The position numbers and the translations under genes were made by a program. 64,000 bases of DNA from Parcubacteria group bacterium LiPW_15. GTDB lineage: Bacteria; Patescibacteriota; Minisyncoccia; UBA6257; 2-01-FULL-56-20. A model generated the notes under the pieces. The model had not been told where the DNA came from. It saw only the letters and a list, made by a program, of their open reading frames with translations, and did not search any database. This document shows, piece after piece, positions 47,614-57,551 of this stretch; position 1 is the first letter of the stretch; every line of letters starts with the position of its first letter. The stretch is taken from positions 209,211 to 273,210 of the forward strand of contig VMER01000001.1 of the NCBI GenBank assembly GCA_007375645.1, written 5' to 3'.

Positions 47614-49606
47614 CTTTCTCCAGCTTATTTGTTTTCTTCATAAGCTCCCGTATCTCATCACGTAAAATAGCGGCAAGCTCAAAATCCAATTCCTTAGCCG
47701 CTAATTTCATTTCCCTTTCCTTGTCTGCGATGAGTTTCAAAAGCGCGGTCTTGGAACGCGGCATTGGTCCGGTCTCCAATTTCAATATTTCCTCAACTGG
47801 CAAAATATCCCGTATTTCTTTGATAACCGTGGTCGGAGTTATGTTGTGCTTCTTGTTATATGCCAGCTGGATCTCGCGTCTGCGGTTGGTTTCTTTGATA
47901 GCCCGCTCTAAAGAACCGGTTATGTGGTCCGCGTACATCAAGACCTCGCCCGCAACGTTTCTAGCCGCACGTCCGATGGTTTGGATAAGCGAAGTTTCGC
48001 TCCGTAAAAATCCCTCTTTATCTGCGTCCAGTATTGCGACCAGTGTTACCTCCGGCAAATCCAATCCTTCGCGCAAAAGGTTCACCCCGACCAGCACGTC
48101 AAAATTGCCTTTACGCAGATTGGTAAGTATCTTAATGCGCTCCAAGGTCTCCACGTCGCTATGGAGATAATTCACCTTGATGCCCTTGCCGGCAAGATAT
48201 TCCGTAAGGTCCTCCGCCATCTTTTTGGTAAGAGTCGTGATAAGAACTCTCTCTTTTCTGGCCACCCTCTCTTCAACTCTGGGAATCAGGTCCTGCACCT
48301 GGCCCTTGGCCGGCAGAATGGTTATTTTGGGGTCAACCAGCCCGGTCGGACGAATTATCTGCTCCACAATTTTTTCGCTCACTTTTTTTTCATAAGGGCC
48401 GGGGGTCGCGGAAGTAAAGATTATTTGGCCGACGCGCTTATTGAACTCCTCAAAACGCAAAGGCCGGTTATCCGCCGCGGACGGCAATCTAAATCCATAT
48501 TCAATAAGAGTCTTTTTGCGCGCCGCATCGCCCTCAGACATTCCCCCGATCTGGGAAACAGTCACGTGAGATTCATCGATGACGGTTAAAAAGTCCGGCT
48601 CCCCCGATTCAGTATGAGGAAAATAATTGAGCAGTGTATCCGGCGCCTCGCCTCTCGCCCGGCCCGAAAGCGGCTGGGAATAGTTTTCTATACCGTGGCA
48701 ATATCCGACTTCGCGGATCATCGCCAGATCGAACTTCGTTCTCCGCTCCAACCTTTCCGCCTCCAACAACTTTCCGTTTTCTTCAAAGTACTTGAGTCGT
48801 TCTTTTAATTCTTTTTGCACCGCGGCAACAGCCCGCTCCCTGTCGATCGGCGAAGTTATAAAGTGTTTGGCCGGAGCGATGTATATTTCCGGAAACTCGG
48901 GAGTAACACCCGGGCGAAAACCTTCCGCCGGAATTATTTCGTATATCTTTTTGATAACGTCGTCTTCCAGAACAAAGTTGTAGATAAGTTCCCTGTCCGG
49001 CGGCATTATCTCCCAGTTGTCTCCGCGCAAGCGAAAACTCCCCCGCGTGAGGTCGCTTGGCGTGCGGGTAAACTGCATGGAGATAAGCTGTCTCGTAAGC
49101 GCTTTCCTGTCTATCTTTTCGCCCACCGCGAAACGGATGATATTTTTTGCGTAGGTTTCCGGCGCGCCCAAACCGTAGATGCAGGAGACGGAAGCCACAA
49201 TGATAACATCCTTGCGGGTCAGCAAAGCAGTCGTCGCCGCATGGCGCAGCTTATCTATCTCTTCGTTTATCATCGCCTCTTTTTCAATATACGTATCGCT
49301 CGTGGGCATATACGCCTCCGGCTGATAATAATCGTAGTAGGAAACGAAGTAGTGCACCGCATTTTTCGGAAATATTTCCCGGAACTCGTTGCAAAGCTGG
49401 GCGGCCAAGGTCTTGTTATGGGCGATAACCAAAGTCGGCTTCTGCGCCTCGTTTATAACGTTCGCAATGGTAAATGTTTTTCCCGAACCGGTCACGCCCA
49501 AAAGGGTTTGATGCCGCAAGCCGTCTTCCAATCCCAAGACAAGCTCTTTTATAGCCTTGGGTTGATCACCGGATGGGATGTTTTTTGAAATAAGTTCGAA
49601 CTTCAT
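47579..49606 (-). CDS. uvrB: Excinuclease ABC subunit B
   Basis: Helicase motifs GVTGSGKT, DESH; UvrB beta-hairpin and C-terminal UVR domain. Confidence 0.95.
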   Translation of the reverse strand: MKFELISKNIPSGDQPKAIKELVLGLEDGLRHQTLLGVTGSGKTFTIANVINEAQKPTLVIAHNKTLAAQLCNEFREIFPKNAVHYFVSYYDYYQPEAYMPTSDTYIEKEAMINEEIDKLRHAATTALLTRKDVIIVASVSCIYGLGAPETYAKNIIRFAVGEKIDRKALTRQLISMQFTRTPSDLTRGSFRLRGDNWEIMPPDRELIYNFVLEDDVIKKIYEIIPAEGFRPGVTPEFPEIYIAPAKHFITSPIDRERAVAAVQKELKERLKYFEENGKLLEAERLERRTKFDLAMIREVGYCHGIENYSQPLSGRARGEAPDTLLNYFPHTESGEPDFLTVIDESHVTVSQIGGMSEGDAARKKTLIEYGFRLPSAADNRPLRFEEFNKRVGQIIFTSATPGPYEKKVSEKIVEQIIRPTGLVDPKITILPAKGQVQDLIPRVEERVARKERVLITTLTKKMAEDLTEYLAGKGIKVNYLHSDVETLERIKILTNLRKGNFDVLVGVNLLREGLDLPEVTLVAILDADKEGFLRSETSLIQTIGRAARNVAGEVLMYADHITGSLERAIKETNRRREIQLAYNKKHNITPTTVIKEIRDILPVEEILKLETGPMPRSKTALLKLIADKEREMKLAAKELDFELAAILRDEIRELMKKTNKLEKDAKIKKDGRKK

Positions 49607-49629
49607 TGTATGTGCTAATTATATCTTAA

Positions 49630-49868
49630 AAACGAAAAAGGGCCCGGATGAGGCCCTTGGCAGTTTGCCTGACGAAGAGGTATTTCACTGTCGGCTCAGA
49701 AACCCCCGCAAGGGCCCGTCAAAGCCTCCCTACTACTATTCTACGCGACCAGGCACCCTCTCCAAAGTTCAGCTCCGGGGATTCGAACCCCGCGCTCATT
49801 AATCGTCCGCATCCAGCGGGTCGACCCCAGGGATTCAAACCCTGTGCCCCTTAACTGCCTCATCCGAG
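49630..49868 (-). ncRNA. Candidate structured ncRNA or cis-regulatory leader (about 240 nt) with its own promoter and intrinsic terminator, immediately upstream of uvrB
   Basis: Minus strand: -35 TTGACA / -10 TAATAT at 49876..49904; two T-loop-like hairpins (CAGGG-TTTGAAT-CCCTG, CGGGG-TTCGAAT-CCCCG); terminal GGGCC-TCATCC-GGGCCC plus U-run ending about 23 nt before the uvrB ATG; no ORF. Confidence 0.4.
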
Positions 49869-49875
49869 CAAATGG

Positions 49876-49904
49876 ATATTATCTCCCACCTCCCGGCCTG
49901 TCAA
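49876..49904 (-). promoter_or_regulatory. Sigma70-like promoter TTGACA-17-TAATAT
   Basis: Reverse complement of 49876..49904. Confidence 0.45.
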
Positions 49905-49919
49905 ACATAAACCAAATGA

Positions 49920-51488
49920 TTAAAGCGTTTCGTAATTGGACTTGAGCCAGTTAAGCAGGTTCTTCGTATCCGAATATCTGTCTCCGGAATTCAGCACGAT
50001 TATAGAAACGGGTACGTCCCCGCTCGGAGTATGGATGTTCCAAACCGAAGCGATAGTTTGTCCGGCGGCTTTTGTTTCTCCGTTTTTCATGCCGATCAGA
50101 TCCGTTTCTCCGGAAAACTCGTTGAAGTTGGCCAGGTCGCCGATGCTTATGGAATCACCGATTTTAATAAGTCCGTTGCGTTCGAATTCCACTCCCTTGC
50201 CGATATCAAAGATGAACGGGCGTTTGTAATAAATATATTGAAGTAATTTGGAAATATCTTTGGCGGTAGAAACATCCTGTGTGCTCAATCCGGACGGATC
50301 GGCGAACCGCGTGTCCAACATGTTGAGCGAGGCGGCCTTGTCGTTCATGCTTTTCACAAAAAGCCTGCTGCCGGAAAAGGACGCCAAAACATTCGCCGCG
50401 TCATTCGAGGATTGCATTAAAAGCGGGTAAAGAAGGTCGAAACCGGTATAATAACTTCCGGAATTAAAGTGGAAAGCCTTGGTAGAACTGCTTCCGCCAG
50501 TGGTCGAAGTCGGAAGCTGTCCGACTCGAATGGAACTTCCAAGATAGATTAGCTCGTGGGCCACCACTCCGGTCATGAGTTTGGTTATCGAGGCGGTCGG
50601 CAGCTTTTCGTTCGAATTTTTTTCAACAATTGTTTCGCCGGAGGCCACATTGGAGATCAAAAAGGATTCCGCGCTTATTGCCGGCAACCCGGCATTCTGC
50701 ACCTTTGGAACAAGCGTTCCGAATCCCCGGTCCGGCATGTCTTCAAACACCAGTATCGGCATCCCCTTTTTGGCAAAATCGAAAACTTCCTTTGCGCCCT
50801 CGTCGGAAAGCCTGATACATCCTCCGGAATATGTTTTCTGAACCGGAGTTCCGTCATTGTAATGCGGCCAGCCATGTATAAAATAATTGCCGTAGAACTG
50901 GATGCTGTATGGCATCCAAACTTTTCCGATGGAAGAAAAATGGTTCACCTCTTTGACTATCACTCCGTAATTTCCGGTAGGAGTCTCCCACCAGCTGCCT
51001 AGCCTGCCCTTGGTCAATATCTCGATCTCTTTTTCCGCAGCTCCCCCGCGATAGAGCGTGAGTTGCATTGTCTTTAGATTTGCCTCAATGAAGTCTTGCT
51101 TTTCCTCCACATACTCTTCCTTTTTGGTTAAAAACCTCTGTTCGTCCGGAAAGATCATTTCGCCCGAATCCGTGAATGATATTTCCGAAGCCGCCAAGCG
51201 GGAATAAAAATTCCGCACCCGCACCGAATTCGTATCGGCCAGATCCAATCTATCCTGCCAGAGAAAATATATTCCGGCGGACACGGCGCAAATGATCATC
51301 AAAAACGCAAAAAACGGCTGAACCCAGCCGTGCCGTTTGCCCGATAAAACATAGTCGCAAACTTTAAAAGCGTTATTTATATCCGCCTCACCCCAGCCTG
51401 CCTCGGAAAGAGAAGCGCGTATCGCGTCTTTAGACCGTCCGGAATTCAGCGAATCACGGACATATTTTACGATTTCTTCGTCGGCCAT
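49920..51488 (-). CDS. Bifunctional L,D-transpeptidase (YkuD) / serine-type D-Ala-D-Ala carboxypeptidase fusion, membrane-anchored
   Basis: HGWPHYNDGTPVQKTYSGGCIRL (LDT catalytic His/Cys) followed by SITKLMT (SxxK), SSN (SxN) and KNG-like motifs. Confidence 0.78.
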   Translation of the reverse strand: MADEEIVKYVRDSLNSGRSKDAIRASLSEAGWGEADINNAFKVCDYVLSGKRHGWVQPFFAFLMIICAVSAGIYFLWQDRLDLADTNSVRVRNFYSRLAASEISFTDSGEMIFPDEQRFLTKKEEYVEEKQDFIEANLKTMQLTLYRGGAAEKEIEILTKGRLGSWWETPTGNYGVIVKEVNHFSSIGKVWMPYSIQFYGNYFIHGWPHYNDGTPVQKTYSGGCIRLSDEGAKEVFDFAKKGMPILVFEDMPDRGFGTLVPKVQNAGLPAISAESFLISNVASGETIVEKNSNEKLPTASITKLMTGVVAHELIYLGSSIRVGQLPTSTTGGSSSTKAFHFNSGSYYTGFDLLYPLLMQSSNDAANVLASFSGSRLFVKSMNDKAASLNMLDTRFADPSGLSTQDVSTAKDISKLLQYIYYKRPFIFDIGKGVEFERNGLIKIGDSISIGDLANFNEFSGETDLIGMKNGETKAAGQTIASVWNIHTPSGDVPVSIIVLNSGDRYSDTKNLLNWLKSNYETL

Positions 51489-52057
51489 TAATTTTCTGGG
51501 GTTGCTCTTCTGCCCTTATGGAAATGGAAAGTCAAAATGAAAAGCAAAGCGAAAATAGTGAAGCTCATTATCGGCATGGTTATGTAGCCGAATTCCAGAA
51601 AATACCTCTGCGCGCAGGAAACAGCGCCGCCAAACGCATTGCACAAAGTGTGGTTAGACCCGCCGTACTGAAGATACGAGTGATAACCGGAAACCAGCAT
51701 TCCAACGACCGACAAGGCGGAACTATATTTAACAATCCGGTGCGACCCGAACCACCAGGAAAGCCCCAGGAAAAGGACCTGCGGAAAAAGAAGCGCTCTC
51801 TGGATCCAGCACAAACTGCACGGCGGAAGTCCGGCGATCTGCGAATAAAAAAGGCTGGATACGGTTGCCGCCACGCTGAACAAAAACGCCAAAGCCAGGG
51901 CTCTGGTCTCCAAAATATCCAAAGTCATATGCAACCGCGGCCTCTCGTGCCGCTTTGAACGCAACAGCAAAAGGACCAGAAAAACTATTATCAGAAGGTC
52001 GCCGATCATCGTGCCGACGGACAGCAACCTAGTTATGCTTTCCGCAAATGGAGTCAT
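51488..52057 (-). CDS. dsbB: Disulfide bond formation protein B (DsbB/BdbC family)
   Basis: 4-TM protein with PCSLCWIQR and a second Cys pair. Confidence 0.7.
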   Translation of the reverse strand: MTPFAESITRLLSVGTMIGDLLIIVFLVLLLLRSKRHERPRLHMTLDILETRALALAFLFSVAATVSSLFYSQIAGLPPCSLCWIQRALLFPQVLFLGLSWWFGSHRIVKYSSALSVVGMLVSGYHSYLQYGGSNHTLCNAFGGAVSCAQRYFLEFGYITMPIMSFTIFALLFILTFHFHKGRRATPEN

Positions 52058-52440
52058 TAGTTTGTCGGCAAAGTGCAGCCGGTTTTCTTAACCAAGGTGC
52101 TAAAATCCAGCTTTCCGTATTCGCGCGAACCATCTTTAAACTCCCAGGTCGGATAACTCTTAATGCCCTTATCTATACAAACTTGAGTCTCGGTCTGACC
52201 GTCCGGCATGGAACACTCCACGTACGGCAGAAGCCTCTCGGAACGGCCGAATTCCGCCTTCTGATCCTGGCAATGCGGACACCAAAAAGCCCCGTAGAAA
52301 ACAGCCCCGCTGTCCTTAAGGCAAGTTGCGAAAGAATCATATTTGTCAGCCTGATAGGGCTGTATGAAAACCAACCAGATAAGTCCGGCAAAAAGAATAA
52401 TACCCACAACGCTCCAAATTATCTTTGATTTTTTAACCAT
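52057..52440 (-). CDS. Membrane-anchored thioredoxin-like thiol:disulfide oxidoreductase (DsbA/BdbD-like)
   Basis: WCPHC active site; N-terminal TM; adjacent to dsbB. Confidence 0.7.
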   Translation of the reverse strand: MVKKSKIIWSVVGIILFAGLIWLVFIQPYQADKYDSFATCLKDSGAVFYGAFWCPHCQDQKAEFGRSERLLPYVECSMPDGQTETQVCIDKGIKSYPTWEFKDGSREYGKLDFSTLVKKTGCTLPTN

Positions 52441-52537
52441 ATGAGAATTATACCAATTGCGCCGCAAAACAAAAATGCTTAATTTCTATCTCTGCCCCAA
52501 AAATTCTACGGCCACAAATAGCAGCTAAAAATTAGGT

Positions 52538-55153
52538 TTATAAGCGTTTATATTGGCGATGGAAAAATCTCTTTGCAGCTTCAACGAGGGCGATGCTCAA
52601 TAAGCCCATCGATAGAACGCCCAAAAGCCAATATCCGGACAGGGAAACCGTTCCGAACACGGTCTGGAGAAACGGAACATAGATCGCGCTCGCCATAAGC
52701 ACCAATCCGATTCCAACTCCGACAACCATATAGCGATTGGAAAACGGAGAATACTTGAAAATACTTCTATCGAAACTCCTGACCGAAAACGCCAGGAATA
52801 GCGTGTAAGTTCCGAAGCTCGCGAAAATAAATGTTCTTACAACCTCCGGCACGAAACCCATTTGCAACAAGGTCCAATAAAGGGCGAATAACAACACGCT
52901 CGTCGACAAACCTATGAATATTACCAAAAATCTCGTAAGCGGATCGAAGAGCTTTACCCCGGACCCGCTCGTGCGTATCGCATGCCGTCCGTCGGTCCCT
53001 TTTTCAAACGCGAACGCGACCGCCGGAAAACTATCCGAAAAAAAGTTTACCCAAAGGATCTGGAGCGCGCTTAAGGGCAATGCTATGCCGGCCAACAATG
53101 ATCCGCCGATAAGAACAAGTTCGTCCGCAACGCTCGAAAGAAGATAAACCAAAACCCTTCTTAAGTTGTTCATTATCTGCCTCCCCTCCTCCACCGCCGC
53201 GGCTATGGTTTCAAAGTTGTCGTCCAATAAAACTAGGTCCGCCACGTCGCGAGCCACTTCCGTTCCGGAGCCCATGGCTATGCCGATATCCGCCTGCTTA
53301 ATGCTTGGAGCGTCGTTCACTCCGTCGCCGGTCATGGCCACAACCTCCCCGAGTTCTTGAAACGCCTTAACTATCTTCATCTTATCCATGGGCGACACCC
53401 GAGAGATCACCTTAAGCGCGGGCAATCTGTTTTTTAACTCTGCGTCCGTAAGCGCGCGAAGTTCTACCGCATCAATAACACTCCCCTCGGCAAGCTCCAT
53501 GCCGACCTCCTTCGCGATCGCTTCGGCAGTGCCGCGATGGTCGCCGGTCACTATCAGAACTTTTATGCCGAATGACTCAACGCGCCTGATGGCATCTTTG
53601 ACGCTCGGTCGGATCGGATCTTTGAGCGTGATGAGGCCCCTAAAGGTCATCCCTGCAAAATCGAAATCATCCGCGAAGCTGAAGTCTTCTTTCTCCGCTA
53701 TCTCTTTGGTGGCAACTCCCAAGACAAGTTCTCCGGACGCGGCAAGAGAGCCGATCTTTTGGAGCATAGCCTCCTTTTCTTTATCGCCCAGATTGGAGCG
53801 TTCCGCTAAGATATCCGGGGCTCCAAGACAAATTACTGCGTGTTTCCCGTCCACACGTGTAAGTGTGGCGGAAAATTTATTTACCGCGTTGAACGGCAAG
53901 GAATTTAAGATATCCATCTCTTTTTTTATTCCCTCGATCGAAGTTCCAAGGGTGGCTGCGGATCGGACCAAGGCGGTTTCCAGAGCGCGTCCGCTCATCC
54001 GCCATTCAAGCGGCGGGTCGTTCGGATTCTCGATTATTACATTCGTGTTGATAAGAGCCATCCGAAGAAGTTCTTTCTCGCTGCCGCCGGCCGGCAGCAC
54101 TTTGTCGAGTTCCATTTTTGCCATAGTAAGAGTGCCGGTTTTGTCGGTGAGAATTATAGTAGTGCTCCCGAGAGTTTCCGCGGCGACAAGCTTGCGCACA
54201 ACTCCTTTACGTTTAACCATGCGCTGCACCCCGACCGCCAAAATCACGGTCATTGCAACCGGCAGGCCCTCCGGTATCGCAGAGACCGCGATCGCCACCG
54301 AAGTAAGGAACATATCGAGCTTGGAGTATCCGGAAGCTATGCCCACAACAAAGATCATCGCCGTGAGGATTGTTAAAAATAATCCCGCGTGGATACTGAA
54401 GCGTTCAATGGCATGCTGAAGCGGGGTTTCTTCGCTTTGGGATTCCGCGACAAGTGCGGCGATTTTTCCGAGCTCGGTCAAAAAATCCGTGCGGCAAACT
54501 ACTGCTGTTCCGACGCCTTGAGTGACGAGCGTTCCGGCAAAAACCATAGAAAGCTGATCGCCCAAAGCGGAACTTATATCCACCACCGAAACATCTTTGG
54601 AAACCGGCAAGGATTCACCGGTAAGTATCGCTTCATCGGCCTGAAAATCGTTCACGAAAACTAACCTGCCATCGGCGGGTACTCGGTCTCCCTGGGTCAA
54701 ACGGACAATATCTCCGGGAACCAGATTCGCGGCTTCAATTTCGCGCTCAACGCCTCCGCGGATAACCCGCGCACGTTGCTTTAGATATGTTTTGAGTTCT
54801 TCGAGCGCCTTCTCCGCTTTGAATTCCTGGTAAAAACCCAGGGCAACATTCACGACAACCGCGGACAGGATAAAGAACATATCCCGATAGTGCGAAATAA
54901 AAAAAGTAACTCCGGCCGCAAACGCCAGAATAAGTATGAGCGGACTCTTAAATTGATTTATAAGGGTCGCAAGCCAAAATACTTTTTTGGGTTTTTCTAT
55001 GATATTGGCCCCGCAAACAGCGAGCCTTATCTTTGCTTCCGCTTCGGACAAACCGGTCTTAAGATCGGTTTGCAGCGCTTTCATGGTTTCCTCACCGGAA
55101 AGCGCCCAAAACGGACGCGCCTCTATTTCTCGTGTTATTTTCTGATATCCCAT
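52538..55153 (-). CDS. P-type cation-transporting ATPase (type IIA/Ca2+-ATPase-like)
   Basis: DKTGTLT phosphorylation site, TGDGVNDAPS hinge, 10 TM, N-terminal cation-ATPase domain. Confidence 0.9.
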   Translation of the reverse strand: MGYQKITREIEARPFWALSGEETMKALQTDLKTGLSEAEAKIRLAVCGANIIEKPKKVFWLATLINQFKSPLILILAFAAGVTFFISHYRDMFFILSAVVVNVALGFYQEFKAEKALEELKTYLKQRARVIRGGVEREIEAANLVPGDIVRLTQGDRVPADGRLVFVNDFQADEAILTGESLPVSKDVSVVDISSALGDQLSMVFAGTLVTQGVGTAVVCRTDFLTELGKIAALVAESQSEETPLQHAIERFSIHAGLFLTILTAMIFVVGIASGYSKLDMFLTSVAIAVSAIPEGLPVAMTVILAVGVQRMVKRKGVVRKLVAAETLGSTTIILTDKTGTLTMAKMELDKVLPAGGSEKELLRMALINTNVIIENPNDPPLEWRMSGRALETALVRSAATLGTSIEGIKKEMDILNSLPFNAVNKFSATLTRVDGKHAVICLGAPDILAERSNLGDKEKEAMLQKIGSLAASGELVLGVATKEIAEKEDFSFADDFDFAGMTFRGLITLKDPIRPSVKDAIRRVESFGIKVLIVTGDHRGTAEAIAKEVGMELAEGSVIDAVELRALTDAELKNRLPALKVISRVSPMDKMKIVKAFQELGEVVAMTGDGVNDAPSIKQADIGIAMGSGTEVARDVADLVLLDDNFETIAAAVEEGRQIMNNLRRVLVYLLSSVADELVLIGGSLLAGIALPLSALQILWVNFFSDSFPAVAFAFEKGTDGRHAIRTSGSGVKLFDPLTRFLVIFIGLSTSVLLFALYWTLLQMGFVPEVVRTFIFASFGTYTLFLAFSVRSFDRSIFKYSPFSNRYMVVGVGIGLVLMASAIYVPFLQTVFGTVSLSGYWLLGVLSMGLLSIALVEAAKRFFHRQYKRL

Positions 55154-55183
55154 ATTTTAATTTATCACCCCCGGAACTATCCC

Positions 55184-56266
55184 TTATAGAATACCATGTA
55201 TCGGCCAGGTGATGACCTCCAAAAACTTTCGGAAAATAGATCTTCCCATCCAGGCCTCCTTTGTGAGCGGCGCGAGTTCGGCAATATCTTCCTCAAATTG
55301 CGCCCTTAACTCAGAAATGAAAATTGGGTCTATGCTCCGTATATTGCCTTCAAAATTTAAAAGCAAACTTTGACTGTCCATATTGGCGCTCCCGATAGTC
55401 CCCCAAACGTCGTCGGCTACCGCCGTCTTGGTGTGCAATATCCGGTTGTTGTCGTACAAATATATCTTCACTCCCGCGTTCAGCGCCAGAATAAAATAGG
55501 AACCTGCCGCGAAATCAACGGTCTTAACGTCGGACGCTTCCGGTAAAAGCAGGCGCACGTCCACCCCTCGCTTCGCGGCTTTTGTAAGTGCGGAAAAAAC
55601 TCTTATGCTAGGCACAAAATACGGCGTCGTTATATATAGATAGCGTTTGGCGCTTCGAATATTTTTCAAAAGATCGTGGTAAATATAACGTCCGCGGAAT
55701 CTCGGTGAATTGGTTATAAAAGAAAACCCGCCCTCCGGGAAAAATGAAGGCTTGAACCTAAAAAACTTTCGCTCCGGGGAAACAACCCACATCCGCTCAA
55801 ATACAGAGCTCATCTCGGAAACCACGGGGCCCGTCATCCGCACATTCGTATCCCGCCAATCCTCCATCCGTTTTTCAAGACCCACTCCCCCGGTGTGGCC
55901 TATTTCACCGTCCACTATCAAAAGTTTCCTATGATCCCGCAAGAACCAGGAAGAAAAGTTCCCGATGCGCCAGGGCCTTATCGGATTAAAGAACTTTATC
56001 TCCACTCCCTCCGCTTTAAGCTCATGTTCCGCCTCAGAGTTCAAAAAGCTATAGCTCCCCACCGCGTCGCAAATGATGCGCACCCTAACTCCCTCTTTGC
56101 TCTTTTTTTTCAAAACCTCAAAAAATCTCTTCCCTAATTCGTCCGGTTCAAAAATAAACTGCTCAATATCGATTGATTTACGCGCCTCTTCGCAATCGAC
56201 AAGCATTGCCTTCCAGGCTTCGGCGGAACGCAGATAGAATTTCCAGGTTGTTTTGGATGTATTCAT
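55184..56266 (-). CDS. cls: Cardiolipin synthase (phospholipase D family, two HKD motifs)
   Basis: HRKLLIVD and HTKTAVADD HKD motifs. Confidence 0.83.
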   Translation of the reverse strand: MNTSKTTWKFYLRSAEAWKAMLVDCEEARKSIDIEQFIFEPDELGKRFFEVLKKKSKEGVRVRIICDAVGSYSFLNSEAEHELKAEGVEIKFFNPIRPWRIGNFSSWFLRDHRKLLIVDGEIGHTGGVGLEKRMEDWRDTNVRMTGPVVSEMSSVFERMWVVSPERKFFRFKPSFFPEGGFSFITNSPRFRGRYIYHDLLKNIRSAKRYLYITTPYFVPSIRVFSALTKAAKRGVDVRLLLPEASDVKTVDFAAGSYFILALNAGVKIYLYDNNRILHTKTAVADDVWGTIGSANMDSQSLLLNFEGNIRSIDPIFISELRAQFEEDIAELAPLTKEAWMGRSIFRKFLEVITWPIHGIL

Positions 56267-56613
56267 TCAAGAGTGATGACGATAAGCCCGAACTTCTTTA
56301 TTTTTTCCTTATATCCCGGAAAGCCATACCACATGTCCGTGGCTTCTTTCGCGGTATGGGTCTTGGGATTAATAGTCTCCGGCTTATATTTTTTAAGAAT
56401 CGCGGCAACCGAAGGAAAATGTTCTGCTTTTTTAACCGTTTTCGCAATTCTTTTTTTGCCGCACACCAAAATCACAACGTCTTTCGCTTTTATATCCTTA
56501 TATCTTGCGGTAGCCGCCCGCGTTTCTATCTTCTTTTTCCCGCTGACCATTGCCTCGAAAATATCATTATCTGCCGCACGAATTCTTAAAATAATTCTTT
56601 TAGACTCAGGCAT
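56263..56613 (-). CDS. ASCH/PUA-like domain protein
   Basis: 116 aa; ASCH-like pattern; overlapping starts and stops with its neighbours. Confidence 0.55.
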   Translation of the reverse strand: MPESKRIILRIRAADNDIFEAMVSGKKKIETRAATARYKDIKAKDVVILVCGKKRIAKTVKKAEHFPSVAAILKKYKPETINPKTHTAKEATDMWYGFPGYKEKIKKFGLIVITLE

Positions 56614-57130
56614 TTTCGATATGGATAAGCGCGGCTCTGATCGCCTCTTTTGTATATTCTTTCCTGTTCAATCTACCCTTGGTTATTATCCCCACCAAGC
56701 CTTCTGCCGAACCGATATGGGGATTCGTAGTGAGACCGGTTTTAAACACCGCTTGATTCATATCCAAACCGTCCTTGAGCATACACTCCACAACCTTCTT
56801 GGGCGCCTCCCACGCGGATGAAAGTCCAAGATGGAATCCTTTTCCATCGTAGATCGCGCAGGCACAGACATTCATGTGTCCGGTCTTGGTGTTTGGTACG
56901 ACCATAAGGCCCGCCTCAATGCCAAAGCTATAATCGCAGTCGGCAAACGAACCTATGGCTCGATTCATCGCACCTCGAATAGTTTCTTCAAGCGATTTGG
57001 GCTGCGCGGAAACTTTTGAATCGACTTCGAGCGCAGAAACTTCCGCGTGTTCCAAATCAGGATATTTTAAGATAATCTCCTTGAGAGCATCAACTTTTAC
57101 AGAGTTTTTTGAACCAACAACTATTTTCAT
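56606..57130 (-). CDS. Non-canonical purine NTP phosphatase (inosine/xanthosine triphosphatase, YjjX/Maf-Ham1 superfamily)
   Basis: 174 aa; YjjX-like N-terminus MKIVVGSKNSVKV and conserved acidic residues. Confidence 0.72.
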   Translation of the reverse strand: MKIVVGSKNSVKVDALKEIILKYPDLEHAEVSALEVDSKVSAQPKSLEETIRGAMNRAIGSFADCDYSFGIEAGLMVVPNTKTGHMNVCACAIYDGKGFHLGLSSAWEAPKKVVECMLKDGLDMNQAVFKTGLTTNPHIGSAEGLVGIITKGRLNRKEYTKEAIRAALIHIENA

Positions 57131-57156
57131 TTACTTTATATTCCGCACACTTCTCG

Positions 57157-57543
57157 TTAATTCTGCAATAATTCCGATTTAGTTGCCACCTCAATCACGT
57201 ATCCGTCCGGGTCTCTAAAATCCACAGTGTATGAACTTCTGTCTTTATAGCTGGATTCTAAGGGCCCTCGAATTATATCTGCCTGCATCCCGGAAAGAAG
57301 CCTGCCAACCTCATCCACCATTTCTCGCGAACCTGCCAAAAAACATATGTGTCTGGGACCAATCGTATTTTCGGGTTTAACGTCTTGCTTGATAAAATAA
57401 ATCTTTGTTTCGCCGTTGCTGAAAGCGTTGGACTCGATTTTATTCCAGCCAATAATTCCAAAGACGGCTTCATAGAACCTAACTGATCGCTCCAGATCGG
57501 AAACCCAGAATTCAATATGTTTTATTGTTGCTTTATTTCCCAT
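57157..57543 (-). CDS. VOC family (glyoxalase/bleomycin-resistance fold) protein
   Basis: 128 aa; paired betaalphabetabetabeta modules. Confidence 0.72.
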   Translation of the reverse strand: MGNKATIKHIEFWVSDLERSVRFYEAVFGIIGWNKIESNAFSNGETKIYFIKQDVKPENTIGPRHICFLAGSREMVDEVGRLLSGMQADIIRGPLESSYKDRSSYTVDFRDPDGYVIEVATKSELLQN

Positions 57544-57551
57544 GATATTTC

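Noticed and set aside
53388-54419. 343-aa plus-strand ORF
   Set aside because: Antisense to the P-type ATPase; Ser/Ala/Arg-rich low complexity.
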